Part shown: positions 1 to 11,126 of the stretch, piece by piece
Layout: every line of letters starts with the position of its first letter
How positions within the stretch are numbered: the stretch's first letter is position 1
Assembly: GCA_905178155.1 (NCBI GenBank)
Contig: CAJINV010000003.1
Location: 4,623,863 to 4,687,862, forward strand
Source: Amoebophrya sp. A120
Lineage: Eukaryota > Protista > Dinoflagellata
Length of the DNA stretch: 64,000 bases
Direction: 5' to 3'
Program-made: the position numbers and the translations under genes
The notes under the pieces: model-generated
What the model saw: the letters and a program-made list of their open reading frames with translations, nothing else
The model's database searches: none
What the model was told of the DNA's origin: nothing

Positions 1-480
1 TCCGGTAATTCAAAGCCACAGAGACTAGCAGAAAGTGGTTAGTTGCTTTTTTGGAAAAATGTAAACCATCTTGACGACGACCGTGATGGAACGAGCTGCC
101 TCGCCCCAGCAAGATCATCGACTTATAGTCTCCCCTTGTTGTTCTGTGTCTTGATTTCAAAGACGCTGCTGTCCACGATTCTAGTTCTTGCTGCTCGTCT
201 AAAACAAAAAGACTACTGCAGCGCACAGAGGCTTTTGGCAAGCTAGTCTCAAGATCATCTTTCCTTTTTCTACAAAGATCGCTTTCGTTTGTTTTTGAGC
301 CACCGCGCCGGCACTCCAAAGCTCGGCACTGCGACTGGCGATAAGTAGCGCGAGCTATTTCTCCATTTTTCTGGATCTTTTCTCTTTCCAAAGTGAACAT
401 CTCGCTTTGAGACCAAACATACGGATAGTAGCATTTTCCTGGTACTTTGCTTAGTGCAGGCGGCAGATTAGTAGCAACAT

Positions 481-1011
481 ATGTCGACTTTCACTGCGTC
501 ATCATCACTAGCCATAGTGCCAAGAGCCGCAGACGCAAAAGGCAGAGGAGAGAGAGAGCACGCGCTCGACCCTATTCAAAAAAAAAAGAAAAGATCGCAA
601 AAGAAAGTAAAGAAAACCCCAAAAGCGACACAGATTGGGAGCCGAGTCTCCGGGGTCATAGAAACAAAAAAAAAAGAAATCGACAAAGAGAGGAGACGAA
701 GCTGCAGGTGGTTGGACGACCTGGACATAACTTCGGTTCCCCAGGAAGTTCAGCGGCGTCTAGGTTACCGGGCTACGACATTTTGTTGTAGCTTGTCTGG
801 TTCTCCGGAACCTAAGGTCTTGCGTTTCTGCCTGACTTCGAAAGATCTCACGCTGAGATACTTCCCGAAGGTTAGTCGGGGGCTGAACAGGCAGCAAGCC
901 GCTGACCTGTTCTGTACGCCATTGCTGATGAGGTGGTTGCTTTGGCTGACTCCAATTGCGAGGCCGGTCACCGCTAAATCGGGTGGTGCCTCGCCTTGCA
1001 AGATGTTTTAG
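481..1011 (+). CDS. Possible hypothetical protein with Lys-rich N-terminus
   Basis: ATG-initiated 176-aa ORF with no recognisable motif; may be spurious. Confidence 0.2.
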   Translation: MSTFTASSSLAIVPRAADAKGRGEREHALDPIQKKKKRSQKKVKKTPKATQIGSRVSGVIETKKKEIDKERRRSCRWLDDLDITSVPQEVQRRLGYRATTFCCSLSGSPEPKVLRFCLTSKDLTLRYFPKVSRGLNRQQAADLFCTPLLMRWLLWLTPIARPVTAKSGGASPCKMF

Positions 1012-1264
1012 AGTTTCGCTCTGAAACAGACATTTACTCGCAGAAAACTCGACAGTGCCCAGACAGTTTCTCGCCCACCTAGAGGCGAACACACATGTTG
1101 ATTTCAAAGACGCAGTCGTCCGCGAAAAAAAGTTTGGTTCCTCTACAGTGTACATCACTCGTAATTGCCGAGTCTAAACAAACGATGCTATCAGTATGCA
1201 TGCTTCGAGGTCAGTTCCTTGTGGATAAAGTCAAAAAGAAAACGCGGAGGAGTGGCGTAAAAAT

Positions 1265-1747
1265 ATGGGTGCCGAAGATTTTGATTTCGCGTTGCACGTT
1301 TGCGAGTCGATTGCGTTTACCTTGCACGGTGCGCTCCGCTTGAGTGAACCGTGCACTGGGATCTTTGGAAAATTCATCGCCAAGGATTCGGTGCCCTACC
1401 CGAATATCTTTTTCCCGATTGTTGGGTTAATCTCTCTTGTTGTGTCAGTGGTAAACATCGTGTGCAGTGGCAGCGACACGATCATCCTCGCCGTTCAGGC
1501 GTACGTTGTCGCATGGCACTCTGCGGCAGCGTTCACGCATATCAGAATAGGCGATCCGATTTTTGTCACCGGAGTGCCCGGTGTCTTCGTCGTGATGGCG
1601 TTCACGATAAGCGGTTTGCGTGCAGGCTGGGTGTCAGCGTGTGCCGGAACGGTCTTGTTCGGAGGCATCGGAGTCGTGTCTGCCAGTGCTGTTGTCAAGC
1701 GACCAACCGTGGCGCTGCACGATGCTCTTCTTCCTCGAGAGGATTGA
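1265..1747 (+). CDS. Small multi-pass membrane protein (about 4-5 hydrophobic segments)
   Basis: ATG-start 160-aa ORF dominated by hydrophobic helices (FFPIVGLISLVVSVVNIV; PGVFVVMAFTISG). Confidence 0.6.
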   Translation: MGAEDFDFALHVCESIAFTLHGALRLSEPCTGIFGKFIAKDSVPYPNIFFPIVGLISLVVSVVNIVCSGSDTIILAVQAYVVAWHSAAAFTHIRIGDPIFVTGVPGVFVVMAFTISGLRAGWVSACAGTVLFGGIGVVSASAVVKRPTVALHDALLPRED

Positions 1748-2698
1748 AGATGCTGGAGAGGCATTGCAACGCGAAAGTTTCGGCTTTTCAGCGTCACGTA
1801 TTTGTATGCATACTTTCAATGGCCCCTATATGTCTGCGTGCTTCTTCTATTCAGAACATGATGAAATTTCCGACTTCTCAATGTTTACACTTTGTGTATG
1901 ATAATGATCGCAATCGCACCCTTCAACCACTCTACGCAGCCGCGTGGAAATGCCTGCTCTCATCGATGTGTTCTGGCTGTTGGTCCTCAGCATTGTTATG
2001 CCATTTTTTTGCTGTTTGGGCTGTCGTTGTTGCAGAGAAGTTATTGTTTATTTCGCGGAACAGAATCGAGAAGCTGAACCTGTCTCAAGTTCGCTCTGCA
2101 AGCTGGGAATCTAGCAAGTATCGTTCGCGTACGTGTTACGTTTACCGTGGTTCGTTTAAAGGTATCTTCCACCCCGGTCGTCCACACGTTTCATTTTCGT
2201 TCAAAAAAAAACTGCATCGTACTTTAATTATTCCTTTACTCTCATCGTGATCTTCGTATCCTGTCAGGTTCGATTGCACAAGTGATTCAAGTATTTGCCA
2301 TACTGCGCTCAAATGTTCGCCGAGTGAATTTTTTCAACCACTTTGCAGTTTATTTCCCCCACGAAGCTATGCGTTTACTGCCCGAAGTTGTACTTGTTTC
2401 ATTCTGCTAGTAGTTGTAGACCTTTATGTTCCTTTTTATTGCTTTTCCTCGCACACCAAGCTGCTAGGGCTCCACTTTTTCATTTATAGTGCCACTGATC
2501 GTGTAAAAAGTAAGAATCCTCAAGGTGTAGTAAGTGTGGCGCAAGATTCGTTCTTCACGGAACAATAAACTAGAAATAAGCAGGGACTTCTACGTGACGC
2601 ACGAATTGTAGCTGGCCTTTCTCCTTTCACGTTGTGATCAATCCGCAGACCGCTGCCACAGGAACCGAGACGGAAACTTGCAGTGCGGAGTGGGTCGT

Positions 2699-3997
2699 AT
2701 GAAGGGCGATGATGACCACGCGGACGTGGTTTCCGTCTTGGAGCGCGCCTACGCGGGGGCGGGCGGAGGCGTGCGCAACGAAATCTCGGGGTTTGTGTTC
2801 GACCGACCCGGGGACGGCTGCCCCTTTGTGGACAGCGGAAATCTGCAGTACGGTGAGGTAACGTTTGAGGGGATGCGGAAGGTCTACAAATACCTGAACC
2901 TGCGCCCTGGCGACACCTTCTACGACCTCGGGTCCGGGGTCGGCAAGCTGCCGCTGTACGTTTTCTTGCGCACCGCTGCGGAAAATTTGTCCCAGTGTTC
3001 CTCGTTCGGCTTGGAGGTGGGCGAGCGGCGCCACGACCTGGCGTGCATGGCCCGAGAACGGCTGCGCAAAATGCTGTCGACTTTCAATCCCTCCTCGGCC
3101 GCGAGTGGTACAACTTCTAGTAGCCCTGCGTGGATGGAGAGCTGTTCGAGTCTTCTCGACAAGTGCCCGGATCTCACCTCCGAGCGGGTGAAGTCCGGTT
3201 GCAAATTCTACCTCCAGGACATCAGCACGCAGCGCTACGACGACGCAAACGTAGTGGTCCTGAGCAACCTTCTGATGGATGGCGGCATTCAAAAGAAGAC
3301 GCTGGAGCAGCTTCTGCGGTGTCGCTCGTTCCGCCGCCTGCTCACGGTCCGAGTCGTGCACCACCCGCGACTAAAGCTGAAGACGTGTGTGCATGTCGAG
3401 TGCACGTGGGCGAAGATCTGTTCCTGGCACGTCTACGACGTGCTGCCGCCGAGCGGCATCAGTTTCGCGCTCCCGTCCTCGCTTCCCGCCGCCCTGCTGA
3501 AGCACAGCCGTGCAGGAAGCGGCAGTAACGCCATGCTGGGTGCTGGAACTAGCGGTGCTTCCAAAATAAATGCAGTAGTTGTAGAGGATGTGGCCGAAAA
3601 TGGAAATGCTGATGCGCCTTTGGAGCTTCTTCTATCTGAGACCTCCGGAGCGGCCGCGGGCGGAGTTACAGCCGTCCCGCTGGTATTCCCCACCGTGCTG
3701 GCGGGGAGAACGACAGGCTCTTTTCGGAGTCGGTCCAAACCTGAACTGCCGTCCCGACAAACGGTGAGTACCCGACTTGCAGCGGTCGCAAAAACCCTGC
3801 CGCAGACATTACAGCACAAAGCCGCGGCGACTGCCAGCAAACCTGCCGCGCGTGCTTTCGCTGCACTGCGAGCAGCTTCCCTGTTGGCATCGTCGGCCCA
3901 GCCTGTGGATCCGGACGCTCCACCGCGATACATGCGTGCCCGCACCGGCGCAAGTCGTACAGAGCGACCCTGTGATGTGCGACTCGTGACAAAGTAA
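2699..3997 (+). CDS. DOT1-like class I SAM-dependent methyltransferase with low-complexity C-terminal tail
   Basis: YGEV...LNLRPGDTFYDLGSGVGK and GLEV...RH motifs typical of DOT1-family enzymes; GC3-rich codons. Confidence 0.75.
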   Translation: MKGDDDHADVVSVLERAYAGAGGGVRNEISGFVFDRPGDGCPFVDSGNLQYGEVTFEGMRKVYKYLNLRPGDTFYDLGSGVGKLPLYVFLRTAAENLSQCSSFGLEVGERRHDLACMARERLRKMLSTFNPSSAASGTTSSSPAWMESCSSLLDKCPDLTSERVKSGCKFYLQDISTQRYDDANVVVLSNLLMDGGIQKKTLEQLLRCRSFRRLLTVRVVHHPRLKLKTCVHVECTWAKICSWHVYDVLPPSGISFALPSSLPAALLKHSRAGSGSNAMLGAGTSGASKINAVVVEDVAENGNADAPLELLLSETSGAAAGGVTAVPLVFPTVLAGRTTGSFRSRSKPELPSRQTVSTRLAAVAKTLPQTLQHKAAATASKPAARAFAALRAASLLASSAQPVDPDAPPRYMRARTGASRTERPCDVRLVTK

Positions 3998-5437
3998 CCG
4001 CCCCTTCAAAGGAGTAGAGACGGCACCTGCACATTATTCGCCGTCGGTCAACATGGGGTAGAATGAATTGAGACAGGAGGTCTTCTTCAATCTCTTCAAG
4101 CAGGATGTTTTCTTTTCCAATTCAGTGCAGTTAGCATCATTCAAGAAGAAGCTGTATGTAGGCTTCTATGCATAATTGCTGAGAAGATCCGCTCAGCGTC
4201 AAGCTTATGTCCTCGTAAAAATCAAAAGCTGTCTTGTTTTTATCCAAAAGTAAGGCGATCACACATTCGTGTCTTGGACAGAGTAAGTTGTAAGTTGTAG
4301 TTACATACATATCTAGTATGCATCCAAGTTATTACTTAGTAGCAGTGTCCCTGTGTCTGTTGTGTAAAAAGAGAACACTAAGTAGTATGAAATGGTAGCG
4401 CGTCCCAAATTTTGTTTGGGTCGTGTTACGAGACATATTGGTGTAGAAGTACCCCACATTTTTTATGTTGCATTATTTTCGGATTCTTCCCGATCCTGAT
4501 GCTTTCCCCCAACCCCGCGGTTAACGCTCTTCAAACACTGATACGGACGATTCTCTGGTCTCATACCAGAGTTACCGTAGTAAAAAACCAATCAGAGCAC
4601 GAGCAGTAGCTGCCTGAGAAAAAAAGTACAGTGGCATGGCGAGTTGCGACCCAGCAGGAGTGAAAGTTCTTCCCCTGATGTTATGCAACTAGTTATGTGA
4701 AAATCAAAATCGTGAATGTGCATGTGTCGGTCTTTTTCGTTTTCTTTCCCCAGGAACCGTGTCGGTTCGCAAATCGTTTTGTGCTCTTGCTCCAGTCGAG
4801 ACGGAGACTACGGTCGGTACCTACTTAGATGTCGGTCATCGTAGCCGGCGTGGTACGCGTTTGCACGTGGCAGATACCGATACGTACACGTTCGTGTTTT
4901 TGCGAGCAGCGGACACGTTCTCGTTCAGCTTCTGATACTAGACAGTGGTTTCGGTTCGTCAATGTCGTCAGATTATTTCTTCGCTTTCGTCCGTCCATAG
5001 CTCACTGCCCTCTCGACCTCGAGTTTTCGTTCCTGCGACACACAGTCTAGGGGCTTCACGACGTTGTTGTACTAACTGTTTTTGTCGCGAGTACTCGTTG
5101 CTTTAACCCTGCAGCTGTGTGCATGCATCATCATCATACTAACTTGTCCACTCATCATCTCTTATTTGACAAACTGCAGCAGGAAACTCTCCACCATCCA
5201 CCTGTTGAACCCATTTCTTTTTTTAGAAATGCAAAACTGTACATACTCAATTATAGTAGCCCCAAAAATTTCCTCTACGCAAGTTTTTCATGGTTTGTTT
5301 TGATTCCGTATCTCCAACTGGCATGAACTGTTGCAGCGCATCACCTCGCGGCTGGTGCTCGCTTGCTTTTGTGCGCGCATCAAAGTCTATCATAGCTACA
5401 GTTACATGCTTCGTGAAACATTTTTCTGTAGCCGCGC

Positions 5438-7488
5438 GTGATTAAAAGGAGAAAGCTCGAACACAGCGCAATGACGCAACAAGCCAGGGCCTTTTGCTTC
5501 GTAGTGGCACAAGTCGTGCCACGAAACCTCGTGGATGCGTTCACGTTTGTGAAGGTACCGGGAACGGCCAGTACGCACGTCCACAGTGTGGCAGTGAGCA
5601 AACGCGGGAGAGCCTCCGCTGCCGAACAAGGTATGAATTAGCGTCTTAACTCTGGTGCGACACCTGGTAGTAAGTGGCTAGGGCAGCAGTAATCTCAAGT
5701 TTTCGGTCTTCCCTGCAGCCGAAAAAAAAACTTATAGGATGTAGGCAAGGGTTCTTTTTTTTTTGGAACAATCAGCATGCTTGCAATTTTTTTGTTTCTC
5801 TTCGAACTTTTTCAGAACATTTTCCAATTGCTTGCATTTTCACAGGTCAGATAACCGGGAATGACGAGCGTAGCCTCGCAATATCTGTGGCGCAGCAACA
5901 GCTTCGGGAGGTGGAGACGGGAATCTGTAGACCACTGTCGGGGGCGGACGACAAGACCAAGGGCGAGTGCGTGGACAGACTGCGCTCCCTTCTCGAGGGC
6001 GACCCTCTGCGAGACAGTAATGGTGTTCCTCCTGCGGGCTTGTGCGCCTTGGCCTCTAAAGTACCAACGTCAGGAAATAAAGGCTATGGCCCTGGAAATA
6101 AATCTACGTGCTTGAGTACAACTCTTGAAGGATGCTGTGAGTGGTTTCCGGAACCAGCGCCGGGGGAAAGCGGAGGCTGCGCAACGAAGGTCGGCGCTCC
6201 TGCCGATCCTTCCTGCAGTTACGTGAAGACAGAATATCCCTGTGCAAAGACTTACCGAACCCCCCGACAGTGCATCGGGCTGGACACCCATTCTCAGGAG
6301 GCCGGAGCGTGCTGCGCATGGGACGAAAGCATTCCAGCGGACTCATGTCGGGCGATCGCGATTCCCAACCATGACCAAGAGGAAGAGTGCATGCGAAATG
6401 AATGTGTCTCAGAAACCGATGCTGAAGTCGGGTTCGATGAAAGCATGGCATGGTACACGAAAAAAATGACGCCGCTAGCGGACCCCGCGAGTACAGACGA
6501 AGCAACCCGCGTACAAACGTGCTGCCACAAGCCGGAAAACGCGGCAGCATATACTTGTCCCACAACCACTACGACGAGAAAACCGAACTCCGCGAAAGAA
6601 CGCGCACCCGAAAAATCAGTCGAGGATCTACTAGGACTGGGTGGAAAGCACCATCCCGCTTCGCCGCCCCCGGAAGAATTTTTGCAGAGCAGCGACGAAA
6701 GTACATCGTCAACAACTCCGAAACCCAAGCCGACTCACGGGCTCTGTCTGACCTGCACCAAGTCATCGGGGTTTGAAGGGGGGCCCGGCCTGTTGATAGC
6801 CATGGAGCTGTTGGCCACCGCTGCGATTCTGGGACTGACCGGCACCATCGTGGGGTTAGTAGTGTGTTGCTGCCTGCCATTCGAAGGCTCGGGCAGCGGC
6901 GTCTCGACAGTGAGCTCCCAAAGGGGCGGTGTCAGTAATATCAATAAAAGCGACGCGGCGAACCGGTCGGCCGCGATCAATAAAAGCGACGCAGCAAACC
7001 GGTCGGCGGCGGGGAAGAAGAGCGTAGCGGAGGCGGGGAAGAAGAGCGTAGCGGAGAAGAGTACTAAGCCCTCCCCGCCGACAGAAGGGAAAGAGGACCC
7101 GGTGGAGGCGGCCGCGAAGGATGGGGATGCCGCGCCCGCAGCGGCTCCCGCGGGGGGTAGCAAGAAAAGCGCAGGCGCAACAAAGGGGGAGGACAAGGCG
7201 CTCGCGCGCAAGAAAAGCGCGGCTGCGAGCAACACTGCGTCCGCCGCCGCAGTAGCAGCTGGAGAAGCGTCTGCGAGCTCCCGGGACTTGCCTTTACCCG
7301 GGCCAGCAAGCTCCTCGCGGGCACCGAAAGTCATCGGCCTAGGCGGCACGGGCGGAATGAAGCCGGAGGATTACAATGCCCAATTACTTGCGGCCCAAAA
7401 CAGAGCCCAACTCCGACGGCAGACTTCTTCTGCACAGGCACAAGCGGCCGCGGCCCGGGGTGCAGCTGCTCTGGAGGGCAAGCAGTAA
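5438..7488 (+). CDS. Cys-rich single-pass membrane/surface protein with Ala/Lys/Ser-rich tail; 5' end uncertain
   Basis: GT-AG intron 5631-5845 joins in frame; Cys-rich ectodomain; TM segment LLATAAILGLTGTIVGLVVCCC; short internal tandem repeats (INKSDAANRSAA x2, AGKKSVAE x2). Confidence 0.6.
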
Positions 7489-8374
7489 GGGACCGGGCCT
7501 GCGCTTGAGTAGGGAGGCCGTTGACGACAGAGTGGGAAACACGACTTATAAACTTAGGTTCCATTTTTATTTAAGGAGCAGATGATTTTGAATTTCGATT
7601 CCCCCCGTCCCGAGCAAGATATGTCGGATAAGACTCCATAGCTGTTTCCGTGCTCTGAGTACTTGAGCCAAAAATGCACATCGATGCATACTTTTGGAGT
7701 TCGGTCTCGGTTGCTCACTTTTTGTGTTTTCCCTATACCCGCCCCCTAGAAAAAACATCAGATCTTCATGCATCATTATATCTACTTACGACTACGCCTA
7801 TGCGGCTGAACAAAAAAAAACCATTCGTTTGACGGTGCGTCGAGTACACTGAAGAAAATCGTAAGCGTTGAAGTTGTGACAGAGAGCGTTGCTATGCTCC
7901 GTGCCTCTCGGGTCCTTCGATGGGACTTACGTTGTCGCGTTGTTCTTCCTCGTTTTATTTTCCTTTAGCCGAAGGGAAGTCGAAAACGCAAACGAAGGAC
8001 AGCGGTGGGTAGCTTCTGTTTCATCAGCGAGAAATCAAACGGAGCTCAAAGTTGCTTGTAGTTGAACAGCACCATGAGCGAGGCAAACAAGTGCAGCAGG
8101 AAATGCGTACCGTGACGAACCTGGAACGGGACTGCTCTCCGAGCGGATTGTATGCGATAGTTCGGTATGCAATCGGATTGGTATGATCATGTCACATCCT
8201 GAAGTGCACTTTTCCAAAACTAGATACCAGAAAAGTTATGGAACTACAACCCCGCTATACGCTGCCGCAGCCAAGTTAGCTGAAGACAATTCATAGCATC
8301 GCCGCCGCGACGGGAAGGTGTTGCTGTTATAAGTCAAGTCTAATCCGATCGTAACGGAAGCACGACGCATCAGC

Positions 8375-10262
8375 ATGGCGCCTCCCGATCAGAGCACGAA
8401 CCCTCCGCCCAGCTGCCTGCCCAGCGATGCCTTTTCGCATTTCCAACAGCGTGAGGCGCAGTTGTTGCAGTACAATGAGGAGCTGGAGCGTGAGAAGAAT
8501 CGGGCCATTTCCAAAGCGCAGGAGGCGATGCGAGACGTGGAAAATTTGGATTTCAAGAACTACCAGCCATCTTTTCTCAAGAGTAAAGCCATGCAACCCC
8601 TGATCGATGCGACCAGTGGGGATTACCACCTAACAGATCCTGGTATGTGGTTATGCTTCGATAGCACAGAGACAGATTCATGATTTAGTGTTTGCTCGCG
8701 TGCGGAAAAGAAACCTGCAGTATTGGCACATTCCTTCGGCCTTTTACGGGACTCGAGCCACTCTTTTCTGACTGCTTGGTCGTCCAAGGTCGAAGTTACT
8801 TATCTTGTTCGGGCGTTGGGTCCCAGAAAAGCTTTCTGTTGACGTGAAAAAATTTAATACAGCTCTTTCGCATGCACGTAACGCCGAGGCCGAGCCTGCT
8901 CCTGTGCCACTTCAAACCGTTAAGGAACCTCCACCACCGGCCGTCGCGGATTTGCAACCGGCAATCGCAACCAAAACCAAGCTCGTGCACCCCATGGCTT
9001 CCGCAAACGAAGTCGAAACACTCCAAAGTACTTAACACAAATATTGCCTGGCACACAAGCAAATGTTGGCCACATCATGATTATTCAACCGCAGGGATGA
9101 AACAAGGTTCTCTTGCAACTGGTATTATGTGCTTTCGAAATCTGTACTGTAAACTTACTGACACTAGCAGGCAGCGATGCTTCCCACGTCGACCACATCG
9201 AATGATGGTCGAAGGAATGCTATGTAGTAGGTTTGTTTTTTTTCGAAAAATTCCAGATACCATTCGCTTCCAGAAGGCACGAATTATCGCTCTCCAAGAG
9301 GAACTCGACAAGGGGATTAAGCAGCTTACGCAGCGCGATGGGGACAATAACCAGCTGCGGGCAGACAACAAAGCTCTCACCGAAGAGAACAAAAGACTAT
9401 CGAGACAACACGTAATCGCGGAGGGGCACCAAGACAAACTCAAGAAGACAGTGGCTTTGCTCGAACAAAAAATTCGCGACTTTGAGAAGGACCTCGGCGA
9501 TGTAAAAAGATAGTCTTGATGATTCTAGCGGGTTCTTCACGTGCGTGCGTAAACAGAGGTGTCGGGGTCTTTTCCTTTCTTTCTCACGCCATTCGCGCGA
9601 GTCATCTATAAATACCCAGCAGTTTCTCTTCCATTCACGACTTTTCTCCTTACGAAAACGAATACAATAAATCACACCTTCAGGCCCGAAAAGAAAATGA
9701 CCAGCTGAGTCTGCAATCGCGGAAACAAGAGCAAGATATCAACAGCAAGGAAGCGCGCGTAAATCGCCTGCTGGAGGACTGCGAGCGATACCGCACCAGT
9801 TTACGCGAACTCCGCAGCCAAGACCAAGACAAAACAAAATCTGACCGCTATCAGTGTGAAAATTGTCCCAGCTACCAACGTGATTTCGCAACTGCGACGA
9901 AAGAACCTCTGAGGTTGGTTTTCGGGCATTCAATTTCAGTGTCACTTTGTTGCTTTTCCTACACGACCGCCGAAGGCGTCGTGGCGCATCATTGATGAAG
10001 AAACATGATGTCATGATTGATGCGTTATGGCTTGGGCAATTTTCGTGTGAATCACGGCAAAGAACTGGATCGGCTGTTGGCGGAGAATCGCAAGATCGAG
10101 CGGCAACGAAACGAACTGGTGGCAGCCTTTAAAAAGCAGATGAAGCTTATTGACATCTTGAAAAAGCAAAGGACGCACCTCGAAGCTGCAAGGGTGCTTT
10201 CTTTTACCGAGGACGAATTTGTGCGTATCCTAGATCTCGGGGACAAACTCGGCTCGGCATAA
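8375..10262 (+). CDS. TEX9: TEX9-like coiled-coil centrosomal/ciliary protein, 5 exons
   Basis: C-terminus ELVAAFKKQMKLIDILKKQRTHLEAARVLSFTEDEF matches TEX9 family; GT-AG introns 8643-8826, 9028-9256, 9502-9683; non-canonical intron 9849-10058. Confidence 0.8.
9849..10058 (+). mobile_element. Decayed introner-like non-canonical intron in TEX9
   Basis: Left end tatcagtgtgaaaattgtcccagc; right end reverse complement gattcacacgaaaattgcccaagc; imperfect TSD accgc/acggc; removal gives in-frame KSDR|KELDR. Confidence 0.7.
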
Positions 10263-11126
10263 TTCGGAACCAGCGCTACCACCTTCAAAGGAAGATAGAG
10301 AATCGCTCAAGTCACAGTGACATATCGAATAGTGAATCACGCAGCTCTCAAGGTTAAAAAACATCAAGGCTTCGTGGAGAGCTGCTGCAGACCGTGTGGC
10401 GTGCCATGTTCCCCCACTGATCCACCCTTGTATGGAAAGTAAGACCTCAGAAGTAAAGTGTCTTCTCGTTGCATCGGAATCGTACTGTCTCTATAATAAA
10501 AGGTGAAGCGCGACTAAAGTGAGACCAAACATGCATACAAGAACGAAGAGTGCTTCAGCATTGATTTCCATGAGAGCCGTTTGATGAAGAAATTTTGCAA
10601 GGACTCCTCGGTAGGACTCGCCGTGCGAGGAACGCCAGCGAGCGTACCGAGAGTTGACGAGAAGGACTTGTTGAAGTATGCGTCAGAGAGACCACAGAGA
10701 GAGCTACTGCACTGCGAGCGACATGAGGCTTTAGCGTTCTCGATAATCGCGTCTCGATGAATGGATCGTCGCAGCAGGCCCGAGGCACCCCAATCAATCC
10801 GCAATTTATTTGATACTTTGTTTATAGAATTAGAAAGGAGGGAATTACAATAGGCCCCACTCGTCGTACACGATCACATTCACACCCCCACCTGCATCTG
10901 AGCGATTCTGTTCGCAACGGTCTTGCACTCGCAAAAAAACCTATCCAAAACCGCATTGGATTCATACCTAGAGAGCCACATCGACTACACTGCCGGTTGT
11001 GCCAGTTGTACCCAGCGAGGCAGCATCCTGATGTTGTCGTTGAAGATGCATCAGCCACCCGCAACCCGCGTGGACGGGGTTTCTGCGAGTGGATAGTAGA
11101 TCGGACACAGAACAACGCAGAGGAGA